The notes beneath the pieces are model-generated. The model was given only the letters and a program-made list of their open reading frames with translations. It was not told the origin of the DNA and did no database searches. This document shows positions 50,791 to 59,629 of a DNA stretch of 64,000 nt, one piece after another (position 1 is the first letter of the stretch; the number at the start of each line of letters is the position of its first letter). This DNA is from Octopus sinensis (lineage: Eukaryota): NCBI RefSeq assembly GCF_006345805.1, contig NC_042997.1, forward strand, positions 130,758,001 to 130,822,000, in the 5' to 3' direction. The translations under genes and the position numbers were made by a program.

Positions 50791-53532
50791 CTTATAAACA
50801 AAGGCAAAAGAAAAATTATTTCTATGCCAATATGCTGATAACAGACTTTTAATCGTCAATTTCCACGATTCAAGAATCTACAAAATTTATCCCGAAATTG
50901 ATTCAATATAGAAATAACAAACTTTTTTTTTAAATTCTGTTGGCTAGCTTTCCTCGATTTCAGCACAAAGTGTATTTATAGTGAATGTATAACGAAATGT
51001 GGAAATTGACAATTTAAAGTCTGTTATCAGCATATTGGCATAGAAATAATTTTTCTTTTGCCCTTGTTTATAAGTTGTTAATAATTTTAAACTTTAAAGG
51101 TATTTTAATATGCTGCCACTTTTTGATGAAATTTTTTTCTGAAAAAATTTTTATCCTATATTAGTAGTGTATATATATATATGTATGTTTGTGTCTGTGT
51201 TTGTCCCTCCACCATTGCTTGACAACCAATGTTGGTGTGTTTACATCCCTGTAACTTAGTGGTTTGGTAAAGGAGACTGATAGAATAAGTACCAGACTTA
51301 CAAAGAATAAGTCCTGGGGTCGATTTGCTTGACTAAAGGTGGTGCTCCAGCATGGCTGCAGTCAAATGACTGAAACGGGTAAAAGAGAGAGTAACTAAGA
51401 AATCCACATCAGTGTAATGTGAAATGTCTTTAAAACTAATTGAAATTACTATAGCTAATTCCTCATAGGGCATGATTTGGTCTTTATAAAATGTTATCCA
51501 CTTGGTCAGTCTGTGTCTGCACAAAATTGTGTGTATGATACAAGTGAACCATCTTGTAACCTGAAAGAATTTTATCATCATTTTTTACATTTGTTTCTCC
51601 TTATGTGTGTTTCGCAAGTCAGTTTCAACACAGCATCTTCGTAATATCTTGAGAGTAATTAAGGTGGTAAACTGGCAGAATCATTACTGCTGAGGACAAA
51701 ATGCTTAACGGCATTTCGTGCATCTTTATGTTCTGTATTAGAATTCTGCTGAGGTTGACTTTATTTTTCATTCTTTCAGGTTTGAGGAAATAAGTATCAG
51801 TTGAGCACTGGGGTTCAATGTAATTGACCTACACTGCTCCCCAAAAATCCAAGGCCTTGTGCCAAAATATGAAACCAATATCTTGGGAGTAGTTCTCACC
51901 ACTTCTCTTCTCTTTCTTTTTCTGTCATTTTGCCTTCGCCACCTTTATTTTGGCATCTATGCCTTTGCAACATTCACTTCAGTTTTATATATTTCTCTCA
52001 TTTTTTTTTTTTTATTGAAGGAATTTGAAAATTAAAACAGAAATATTTCCTGCTGGCACAGATAGCAGATTTCTACGTGAGGTATGTTTCTTTGCTTTAT
52101 TTTCTATTGTTTGTACTTTCTAAATGTTGTTAAATGTTAAATAAGAACTAGATTGGCTGAGAAACTAACTTGAAATAGAAATCAAACAACAGAAAATGCA
52201 CATTATTTACATTATTTACATTCGACGGATATTTGTCCTCATCTTGTTTGTTGTTAACACAACGTTTCAGCTGATATACCCTCCAACCTTCTTCAGGTGT
52301 CTTGCGGAAATTTCGAACCTGGGTTCTGATTCCTAAGGTATTTTTCGATATTATTATCATTATCATTATTATTAGTGTTCAGGTCACTGCTTGGAATCGA
52401 ACTCGGAATCTTAGGGTAAAGAGTGCAGGCTACTAACCCCAAGTTACCTGGTTTCCATTGCATATAAGTGACCAAGACCACAATATTTCCTTTGAACATG
52501 ACAGCAGTCCTTTTTTAGGGTTCAAGGCCAGCAATTCTGAGGAGGAAAGGACAAGTCAATGACATCAACCCTAGTAGTTGATGGATACTTTATTCTATTG
52601 ACCCTTCAAAATTTCAAACCTACTAGGTAATTGCATGATAAATGGAAAACAATATGACTAAATAAGTATTGCATTTGACAGAGTAATCAGGGTTACAATC
52701 AAGATAAATTCTTACTTATCAAACCTACCATGCAATCATTAAAATGTCATGCAACAAACTTGATTCCAACATCAATCTTAGTCTTAGCATTTAATTCATG
52801 TACTTGGGCCTCACAGAGACAAAGACAGGAGCTGAGACCTTTGGAGATATGCTGTGATTGAGGAGACCCAACAACTAAAGTCAGATTGCAGCCATGGCCG
52901 ATGCCAGTGTTGCAAGTCCAGCCCATTTAAGAGTACCCTTGATGCATCAGGCGATATGATATGTTTGAGAAAACCTGTTGTAGCTGTGACCAGTGCCCCC
53001 TGACTGGCTCCTGTACCAGTGGCACATAAAATACATCATCTGAACATGGTTGATGCCTGTGTCCTCTGACTGGCTTCTGTACCAGTGGCACATAAAAAGT
53101 ACCATCTAAATGTGTGACCGAAGCCGGAACTGCCTCAATGGCTCCTATGCTGGTGACATGTAAAAAGCACCCACTACACTCTCGGAGTGGTTGGCGTTAG
53201 GAAGGGCATCCAGCTGTAGAAATGCTGCCAGATCAGATTGGAGCCTGGTGCAGTCACTGGCTTGCCAGACTTCAGTCAAACTGTCCAACCCATGCCAGCA
53301 TGGAAAAGGGACGTTAAACTATGACGACAACTTCCTCCTTTGTGTTTATATTATATTTAAATAACTTGTCTTTCTTCTCTTCTAGCTTGGTTATCCAGCT
53401 CTGGGTTTTTCTCCTATGAACTTCACACCAATATTATTACATGATCACAATGAGTTTCTTAATGAAAACATCTTCGTGAAAGGAATTGATATCTACTACA
53501 ATTTGATTTCTAATCTTGCAAATGTTAAGTAA
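10970..53532 (+). CDS. ACY1: Aminoacylase-1 (N-acyl-L-amino-acid amidohydrolase, peptidase M20A); complete spliced CDS, 16 exons, 406 aa
   Basis: Joining 16 GT-AG exons (106+65+105+72+23+77+90+57+74+50+64+43+107+80+61+147=1221 nt) gives an open frame: [406 protein letters not shown]. It is collinear with human ACY1 as recalled. Motifs NSHxDVVP, ARGxQDMK, EEVGG, LDEG, PGHGS, GTDSR and LLHDHNE are all present. Confidence 0.97.
12741..12822. repeat. 22-bp tandem repeat (about 2.5 copies) ending in a perfect 14-bp-arm hairpin
   Basis: ATGGCATCATAGGAATCATATG repeats, then ATATGACTTGACCT-cc-AGGTCAAGTCATAT at 12793-12822. Confidence 0.85.
13237..13462. mobile_element. MITE-like element containing degenerate (TTAGGG)n
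   Basis: TIRs AAGACTTCCGCCCGTCCCC / GGGGACAGGCAGAAGTCTT. GGGTTAGGGTTA repeats lie at 13256-13302. Confidence 0.7.
16974..17250 (+). mobile_element. RTE-clade LINE 3' fragment (second family) with (GAT)n tail
   Basis: ORF 16902..17237 contains [15 protein letters not shown]...LLLW...[12 protein letters not shown], the RTE C-terminal signature. Confidence 0.85.
17270..17690 (-). mobile_element. Decayed CR1/L2-type reverse transcriptase fragment
   Basis: The - strand frames read [13 protein letters not shown] (KG..DP.NYRPI), [12 protein letters not shown] (AFD.V.H..LL.K), and [18 protein letters not shown]...FANN (PQGS.L.P.LF..YINDL...YADD). Confidence 0.75.
18531..18595 (+). CDS. ACY1: ACY1 exon 2 (65 nt; [22 protein letters not shown])
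   Basis: Acceptor TTTTCAG, donor GTGAGC, frame continuous. Confidence 0.93.
20016..20120 (+). CDS. ACY1: ACY1 exon 3 (105 nt; contains Zn-ligand His in NSHIDVVP)
   Basis: Acceptor TTTTTAG, donor GTAAAT, M20 signature. Confidence 0.97.
21600..21671 (+). CDS. ACY1: ACY1 exon 4 (72 nt; DCWKVDPF...IYARGTQ)
   Basis: Acceptor TTTCATAG, donor GTATGT. Confidence 0.96.
24480..24945 (+). mobile_element. L2/Crack-like LINE 3' relic
   Basis: ORF 24712..24942 contains [21 protein letters not shown] (SF.PR...LWN.LP motif). Confidence 0.6.
25479..25501 (+). CDS. ACY1: ACY1 exon 5 (23-nt micro-exon; DMKCVGIQ, bridging Zn-ligand Asp)
   Basis: Acceptor CTTTTAG, donor GTAAGT. It supplies the conserved DMK and restores the phase needed by exon 6. 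Confidence 0.93.
26349..26745 (-). mobile_element. Non-autonomous Helitron, 397 bp, in ACY1 intron 5
   Basis: The - strand reads A|TCTTTATATATAAAAG...CCCGAGCAACACCAGGTGATACTGCTAG|T, with canonical termini and AT insertion. Confidence 0.8.
26939..27015 (+). CDS. ACY1: ACY1 exon 6 (77 nt; YIEAIRQ...IHLTFMP)
   Basis: Acceptor TTCAACAG, donor GTAATT. Confidence 0.96.
27241..27590 (+). mobile_element. CR1-clade LINE 3' end with (ATT)n tail
   Basis: Translates [11 protein letters not shown]...[20 protein letters not shown]...SFKT* (CR1 C-terminal RGH..K...FF..RV...WN.LP). Confidence 0.85.
28556..28645 (+). CDS. ACY1: ACY1 exon 7 (90 nt; EEEVGG...FALDE, catalytic and Zn-binding Glu residues)
   Basis: Acceptor TTTTCTAG, donor GTTATT. 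Confidence 0.96.
28772..28828 (+). CDS. ACY1: ACY1 exon 8 (57 nt; [19 protein letters not shown])
   Basis: Acceptor TCTCAG, donor GTAAGT. It follows a 126-nt intron. Confidence 0.96.
30149..30474. mobile_element. Palindromic fold-back element centred on CAATAGTCTTAAGACTATTG, with an internal ~46-bp tandem duplication
   Basis: ATATTCTGTTGTGTCTGGGGAGAGTCATT and AATGACTCTCCCCAGACACAACAGAATAT form the ends. Related sequence is at about 36690-36750. Confidence 0.8.
31386..31459 (+). CDS. ACY1: ACY1 exon 9 (74 nt; [25 protein letters not shown])
   Basis: Acceptor TTTATAG, donor GTGAGT, PGHGS motif. Confidence 0.96.
32547..33340 (-). mobile_element. Two tandem copies (period ~418 bp) of an R4/Dong-like (restriction-like endonuclease) non-LTR 3' end in (TAA)n
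   Basis: The - strand at 32882-32732 reads [14 protein letters not shown]...[19 protein letters not shown] (PVV.GALG...QK....GTA.ILR), followed by a 3'UTR and an (AAT)n tail. It is repeated at 32965-33305. Confidence 0.8.
34266..34411. repeat. 146-bp spacer-less near-perfect palindrome centred on GTGCTGCAGCAC
   Basis: The arms are reverse complements with a few mismatches. It ends 60 nt before the exon 10 acceptor. Confidence 0.92.
34472..34521 (+). CDS. ACY1: ACY1 exon 10 (50 nt; [16 protein letters not shown])
   Basis: Acceptor CCTTTCAG, donor GTAAGC. Confidence 0.92.
36045..36108 (+). CDS. ACY1: ACY1 exon 11 (64 nt; [22 protein letters not shown])
   Basis: Acceptor CTTTGCAG, donor [15 protein letters not shown] motif. 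Confidence 0.95.
36993..37320 (+). mobile_element. tRNA-headed SINE family C nested inside a family-A SINE; related copies at about 39180-39600 (-) and 43270-43510 (-)
   Basis: A box TGGCTTAGTGG, B box GAGTTCGATTCC, central CCTTGAGCAAGACACTT...GTCCACTCAGCTG. The host SINE resumes at about 37325. Confidence 0.8.
38646..38975 (+). mobile_element. Second near-identical CR1-clade 3' end
   Basis: Same sequence and essentially the same 5' start (ACTCATGGACATG) as 27254-27590. Confidence 0.85.
40036..40386. mobile_element. Palindromic MITE, 351 bp, 8-bp TSD CAAGTGTC, inserted in a family-A SINE head
   Basis: Arms 40036-40201 and about 40220-40386 are near-perfect inverted repeats starting GGATCTTTTC. 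The TSD is at 40028-40035 and 40387-40394. Confidence 0.92.
43088..43130 (+). CDS. ACY1: ACY1 exon 12 (43 nt; [14 protein letters not shown])
   Basis: Acceptor ATTTTAG, donor GTAAGT, GGxxxNVVP motif. Confidence 0.93.
43565..44077 (-). mobile_element. RTE-type LINE 3' end (ORF end [14 protein letters not shown], 3'UTR array, (GAT)n tail)
   Basis: The - strand reads CTTTGGAAGTATGCTGTGCGTGAGAAGACCCGGCAGGACAAGTGA, then the same 3'UTR family as 5700-6315. Confidence 0.8.
46060..46490. repeat. 39-bp minisatellite (~11 units, alternating 78-bp higher-order repeat) in ACY1 intron 12
   Basis: Units such as AGGAGCTCCCTCATTGGTTGGCTGTTCCAATGATGATAC. The + frame is open for 124 codons. Confidence 0.92.
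46561..46667 (+). CDS. ACY1: ACY1 exon 13 (107 nt; CFDIRVPP...GLTLEYVQ)
   Basis: Acceptor ATTGTAG, donor GTAAGA, FDIRV motif. This is part of ORF 46509..46784 in the track. Confidence 0.96.
49287..49366 (+). CDS. ACY1: ACY1 exon 14 (80 nt; [26 protein letters not shown])
   Basis: Acceptor TTTGCAG, donor GTGAGT, T-x-x-D-D-x-N-x-W-W motif. Confidence 0.95.
49661..50757. repeat. Near-identical tandem duplication (49661-50181 / 50235-50757) bounded by (TA)n
   Basis: The two ~522-bp units differ only by about two single-base indels. Each contains a ~38-bp inverted repeat (AAAATAAGAAAATGGAGAAATACATCTAAATCAAATAT). Confidence 0.92.
52021..52081 (+). CDS. ACY1: ACY1 exon 15 (61 nt; [21 protein letters not shown])
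   Basis: Poly-T tract plus AAG acceptor, donor [16 protein letters not shown] motif. Confidence 0.96.
52256..52301 (-). ncRNA. Candidate minimal type-I hammerhead ribozyme within a B-box-containing SINE-like element (about 52190-52445)
   Basis: The - strand reads GACAC-CTGAAGA-A-GGTTG-gagggtatat-CAGCT-GAAACGT-T-GTGTT. It has the CUGANGA and GAAA cores, stem I ACAC/GUGU, a wobble-containing stem II and a palindromic ACGU stem III. Confidence 0.6.
53386..53532 (+). CDS. ACY1: ACY1 exon 16, terminal coding exon ([23 protein letters not shown]...NVK*)
   Basis: Acceptor CTTCTAG, LLHDHNE Zn-ligand His, TAA at 53530-53532. Confidence 0.97.
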   Translation, partial: LGYPALGFSPMNFTPILLHDHNEFLNENIFVKGIDIYYNLISNLANVK

Positions 53533-53694
53533 TTCTACATATAAAAGTTTGTTCTCCTGCATGATCGCAGCTGTAACCAAAAGATAGTGTTTGGAAGAAA
53601 ATGAAAAAGAAATGGAGGGAATCTAAAACAAGTGAATTACATATTTGATTATATGTACATATTTTCATGCATACATATATAAGTACATTGTGCA

Positions 53695-53725
<31 letters not shown>

Positions 53726-53843
53726 CTATCCACTCAACCAATGTATTGAGTTCTATATTTCAGATAATGATTGCATGGGGTAAAATATATTTTTATATAC
53801 TTTACAACTCTTACATTTATATATATATATATATATTAAAATT

Positions 53844-54021
53844 ATAAGGGTGTTGAATGATTTACAACACCAGTCTTTATAAAATAATTTATTTTATAAT
53901 TCCTTGCTGTCTATTTTCCTTGCTTACAACCTTGTGTAGTGGAGTAATAATCTAAGTGATTCATAGACCATTTGGGGTCTATTTCTAGCAGACTGGCATT
54001 GTAATCATTCAACACCCTTAT
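53844..54021. mobile_element. Small MITE-like inverted repeat about 310 nt downstream of the ACY1 stop codon
   Basis: ATAAGGGTGTTGAATGATTTACAA and TTGTAATCATTCAACACCCTTAT are inverted repeats. Confidence 0.7.
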
Positions 54022-57000
54022 TATGATTTTAATATGAATTAACCATTATGGTGTTTTTAGTATGCTGTCCACTGATAAATCATTAAATAATGATTTTATC
54101 CTAATTATGTATGATAAAATATATATAAATATACATATATTTGTTTTGTATCAAGTTATTATAAAAACGATTTTATATGAATCTGAGGAAATATTCAATA
54201 TTCTTTTGTAGAGTACATATCATTTTTTAATAAAAATTAACAGTGACTTCAAAGGTTCAGCCTGTTAGGCCAAGCCATAACTTTGAAATCACTGTCAGTA
54301 CTATTCTTGTTAATCCTTTAGTTACTGCATTTATTTTGAGATGTTCTGTGTTTCTTTCAATTACTTTCAATATAACAAAGGATTTAGTAAAATAACTTAG
54401 TTATCATTCAGCTAGTGCTAGGAACATAAATTGTGACTAAAGTTTGGTGGAAGATTTTAATTCAGAACTTATGAAAACAAGACATTTGTACACAGAGCCA
54501 GAGCCAGTTTCAGCCAGGTTGGTAACAAAAGGATTAAAGAATAATATATGTAACATTTTTCATCATGTGTAAGGTAAACAAAGATCACATTTCCAAACAG
54601 TGGTTTCATTCGGTCAATCTTTTAATCAACTGCACAACTCATCAGTGACTAAGAAGGACTGAAATGTTGTGAACTGTGATTGTTTCTGATTGAATGAAAT
54701 ATATATGGGGTTCACATATGTAATCCTTGTATATATTACACATGTAAGTACACATATGCAAGACCTATACGCAAATTTGTACTTAACAATGTTGTGTATT
54801 TATAACACACACCTCACATACTCACAGGCACTCACACACACACACACACGCACATATGCATGCATGCATGCTTGTATGTATGTGTAAATGTACATTATTT
54901 CAATCTCTGTTGCAGTTTATGATTTTTTTAAATCAAATTATATATTTTTATATATTCACCTTCTGAAATCTTGACAATTTGAAAATATCAGATATTTCGA
55001 TGTAAATTTAAATCAGAGAGAAATTATTCATTAAAAAATTCTTTTTGTTTTCTCTTTCTTTACAAAAAAAAAAATACCCTCATCATGATATATGTATTAT
55101 GTATGAGATAATATATTCTCAGAATTACTGACTCCAAGTGCTGAATTATGGCCAGTATTAATTTATAATATGCACCAAAATATTTTGTTAACAGCGTGTC
55201 AACAATTTTTGGCAGAATTCTGCTTAATGCACAGCATATAATTCCTCATAACTTTTTAATTTTTTGGAAATTTCAGAAAAGTTTTGCGAATTTGTATTTT
55301 ACATACAGGAATTCATACAATTATGCAAAAACCAAAATAAAAAATAATTTTGTTGTGTGATTTAAGGTCTATTTAGTTGTTATTTTTAGCACACCTCATG
55401 ACAGTGAGCATTGCTGAACTATTATTTGACAAACTAGGTGACAATGATGAAGATGATCATCATCATTGTTTAACGTCCGTTTTCCATGCTAGCATGGGTT
55501 GGATGGTTCGACCGGGATCTGGGAAGCCAGGAGGCTGCACCAGGCTCCAGTCTGATCTGGCAGTGTTTCTACAGCTGGATGCCCTTCCTAACGCCAACCA
55601 CTCTGTGAGTGTAGTGGGTGCTTTTTACGTGCCAGGGGAGGCTGGCAACGGCCACGATCGGTTGGTGCTTTTTATGTGCCACCAGCACAGAAGCCAGTCA
55701 AGCACAATGTTTAGTTTTATTATTCTTGTTTCTACTTCTAAGTGGTTTATTTTGTCTTGCCTTCTGATAGGCAAACAGAATAATTTGAAGCAAACAGAAT
55801 AATGTACATTGTGAAGGGGATCAACTGGATGTTTATAATAAGGCTTGAACTTTTGATAGGATAAAAAAAAAAAAATCTACTGTACTGTCATCATCATCGT
55901 CATAACTTAATATCCAATTTTTTTTGCTTGCATGGGTCAAGTGGGATTTTTATCAAGCTGGATACCTTTCCTGTCACCAAGCCTCATCTGTTTCCTAGCA
56001 AAGTGATATTCCCCATGGCCCAACACGTTTTTCACAGAAGACTGGAAATGAACAATATCAGTTGTATGATGGTGATGCTCAGACATAGACATGGCTGTGT
56101 GGTTAAGGAATTTGCTTTCCAACCACATGGTTCCAGGTTCAGTTTCACTATGTGACACCTTGGACAAGTGCCTTCTACTCTAGCCCTGATTCGGTAGATG
56201 AAAAATTGAAAGAAGTCCATTATATACATATACATATATATATATGTGTGTGTCCCATTGTCTTGACATCATTTGATTGTTGTAAATGAATGCCCTTCAT
56301 TTCTAATATTCTTAAAAAAAAACTTGTCTGTCTGGCCATGGAGAAATATTACCTATTTCTTTACTACCCACAAGGGGCTAAACACAGAGAGGATAAACAA
56401 GGACAGTCAAACAGATTAAGTCGATTATATCGACTCCAGTGCATAACTGGTACTTATTTAAGCGACCCCGAAAGGATAAAATGCAAAGTCAACCTCGGCG
56501 GAATTTGAACTCAGGGCATAGCGGCAGACGAAATACTGCTAAGCATTTCGCCCGACATGCTAACGATTCTGCCTGCTCACCACCTTATGGGGAAATATTA
56601 CCTTGCTTAGGTACAGGTATCCAGCCATAGAAAATCTGGTTCAATAAACTCTGTCTGACACATTCAAGCATGGGAAAGTGGACAATGGTCATGATGACCA
56701 TGAATATGATCATGATACAGACACACACAATGGATTTCTTTCACTTTTTGTTTACCTGCAGCCTCCTGGCTTCCTAGACCCCAGTCGAACCGTCCATCCC
56801 ATGCTAGCATGGAAAACGAATGTTAAATGATGATGATGATGATTCACAAGCCTTTGGTCAGTTGAAGGCTACAGTAGAAGACTTACTCAATTTGCCACGC
56901 TATGGGATTGAACCCAAGATCGTATGGTTGAGAAGTGAGCTTCTCAAGCATGCAACTATGCCAGCATCTATAACCACACCTATGTCTAGTGTGAAAAATT

Positions 57001-57924
57001 GAATCAATTCCATATATTTGTGGGTGGCAGGGATGGGGAGCAAAACCCCATAAAATATATTTTTGTAATGTTACAATCATCATTGAGAAGTTGGATTGTG
57101 CTACTCAATCCTGGAATGTGAGGTTGGTCGACATTCTTAGTTATTGATTATGTCTGAATTTGAAGAGACATGAAGTGTAAACCGTATTCTTAATAGTTAA
57201 TTGGCACAGTTTCATTGGTAAGTTTTGATGTTAGTCCAAGCTGCCTGGAAACATATCTGGCTGGTAATTATCAAGTGGTTCTGGACAGCTGACCAACTTT
57301 TATTAACTTGCCATATGTATAGTAGAAAGATAAAAGGTGTATAGATTTGTATTCTCACTGTTGTTTAGCCCCAGGTCACTCCTGATTGAGTAAATTCATG
57401 ATCAAAAGGCATTCCAGCCAAGACTTTTTGTATACCTAGTACTACATTTTACTTCAGGCAGTAAATTATGATCTGTAGGAGATTTAGCTGCTATTTCCAG
57501 TAAGTCAAGTGACTATGTAGAGGTTCTCATTGGCTTACATATTTATGTGTTGTTATGCTTGAACTTTTGTACTTGTCTATAATGTATGCTAAAAATTAGC
57601 ATCATTAATGTAAGTGTAAAACAAAAAATGTTAGGTGATTTAACAAACTGGAAATTTATTGTATTTTTGCTTATTTTCTACCAGTATATTTAGGGTTTGG
57701 TTTTGGTAAAAGGATTCTGGTATTGCAAGTAACATCCCAAATTTTGAAAAAAAATGTATCTTTTGTAAGAAAATGATCTTTGATTGGTAAATTCTTAGCT
57801 GTTCTTTAAAGGCAGGTTTTCTTTTTTTATTTTTTCCATTAAAATTCCATAATTCCATTTACATTTCAAATACATTAGAGGAATATAACTTGACTCCATT
57901 AATTTGTTTTTATTTTTTTATGCG

Positions 57925-58225
57925 CCCTTTTCAAGCCTAACCAGGCTCATGGGCCCAGTGTCCCAGTTTCTATGGCGTGTGTGTTCCCCCCAGCTTGATG
58001 GGATGCCAGTCCATCGCAGCGTTACTCAAGAAACAGGAAGAAAGAGTGAGAGAAAGTTGGGGCAAAAGAGTACAACAGGGGTCGCCACCACCCCCTGCCG
58101 GAGCCTCGTGGAGCTTTAGGTGTTTTCGCTCAATAAACACACACAACACCCGGTCTGGGAATCGAAATCGTGATCCTCCAACCGTGAGTCTGCTGCCCTA
58201 ACCACTGGGCCATTGTGCCTCCACA
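57925..58225 (-). mobile_element. tRNA-headed SINE family D; partial copies at 60270-60378 (-) and 13730-13772 (-)
   Basis: The - strand head is GGAGGCACAATGGCCCAGTGGTTAGGGCAGCAGACTC...GTTTCGATTCCCAGACC. Confidence 0.8.
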
Positions 58226-58710
58226 CTCCATTAATTTACTGACATTTTATTTTATGGATCCTGAAAGGATAAAAGTTGGTCTCAATGTGATTTGAACTCA
58301 GAATCACAGAGAGTCATAGATAAAACACTGCAGACAGTGCTGGTGCCACAATAAAATATATGCAGTACAATACTCTGTTAAATGGTTCAAGAACGAGCAG
58401 AGACATTGTAAGGTTTAGAGGACTTCATAGTCTTGTGTGCTGAGGGAATGACAACCTCTCTCATGCTGGAGCCATCATAAAATGTATGCAATATACTTTG
58501 TAATGTGGTTGACAAATAAATAAATGGGAAACATTTCAGGTGCAAGTGTGGCTGTGTGGTTAAGCAGTTTGCATCCCAGCTACATGGTCTTGGGTTCACT
58601 TCCACTGTGCAGTATCATGGGCCTGTGTCTTCTATTATAGCTTTGGACTGACCAATGATTTGTGAGTGAATTAGGTAGACAACACTTATGAGTGAGCTAC
58701 TCCTATAATA

Positions 58711-59629
58711 TGCGGTGCGTTCAAAAAGTATCCGCCTTTATTTTGCTCTGCCAAACTAATACTGCGTGGGCGAAATCCTTTGGATGGGAGGTAACTCCAC
58801 CCTTCCAGTGTATATGTGAAGATTTTCACGCAAGCAGACCGCGTCAGTCCCTGGCTGTTACGCCTAGGGTACAGATGTGTAGTGCGCGCTTGTCCGATTT
58901 TCATTTTTACGCAAGATTACCAAATGCATCGAACAGAAACTGTAAACTCATGTTCCATCACCAGTGATGACGGTCTTTATGAAGTCTAGGTTGTGGTTTG
59001 CACAATGCAGGAAGTCCTGATCGATTTCCATACGGGGTTGCTTCTGCTGGTCTGTCAGCACCTTAGGGACAAATTTTACCAAAACACTCCGCAAGCAGAA
59101 AACATTCGTTAAAATGGAATGCACTGATTCTGTACTTATTTCCACTTCGTGAGCAATTTCTTGGATTGTTACTCGACAGTCTTCCTTGAATATTCGCCGA
59201 ACCATCTCAATCGGTTCCTCAGTTCGGCTTCTAAATGACCTGCCTTAGCATGCCGCGCTTTTCACTGAGGCGCGGCCATGTTTGAAGCGGTTGATCAATC
59301 ACTCTTAGATCTGAGTTTTGCCCATGGCATCATACCCAGAAGTCCGCTGAATCTTCTGGGTGGTCTGAGCTTGAGTATCACCAAGCTTTTGGCAAAACAT
59401 GATGCAATATCTCTGATCGATCCGTTCGGTGAAAACGAAAATCCGAAGAGCGCGTGCTACGCGTCTTTACTCTAGGCCTAACAGCTGAGAACTAATGCGA
59501 CCTACCGTCGCAAAAATTTTCTCGCGTGCGCAGGAAGGATGGCATTATCTTCCATCCAAAGGATTTGGGCCATGCAGCATTAGTTTTGGCGAGAAAAAAT
59601 AAAGCTGGATACTTTTTGAATGCACCTTG
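58711..59629 (-). mobile_element. Internally deleted mariner element (919 bp, TA TSD), nested in a family-A SINE
   Basis: TIRs TA|YRMGGTGCRTTCAAAAAGTATCC. The - strand encodes DQRYCIMFCQKLG...RFKHGR (HTH), VTIQEIAHEVEIS, KFVPKVLT and ITGD (first catalytic Asp), with stops. The rest of the DD34D domain is missing. Confidence 0.92.

Larger units (their letters stand above)
7270..56840. mobile_element. Dispersed 5'-truncated copies of the same RTE 3'UTR family. Approximate loci: 7270-7635+, 9060-9140+, 17850-18055+, 19700-19900+, 23325-23385-, 23890-24290+, 31885-32080-, 35090-35710-, 35840-35885-, 40575-41040-, 46690-46980-, 47030-47378-, 47765-47937+, 48461-49035-, 52810-53330+, 55455-55700-, 56757-56840+
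   Basis: All share GAGTGGTTGGCRTTAGGAAGGGCATCCAGCTGTAGAAA...CCAACCCATGCTAGCATGGAAARCGGACGTTAAA(YGATGA)n or part of it. Confidence 0.9.
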
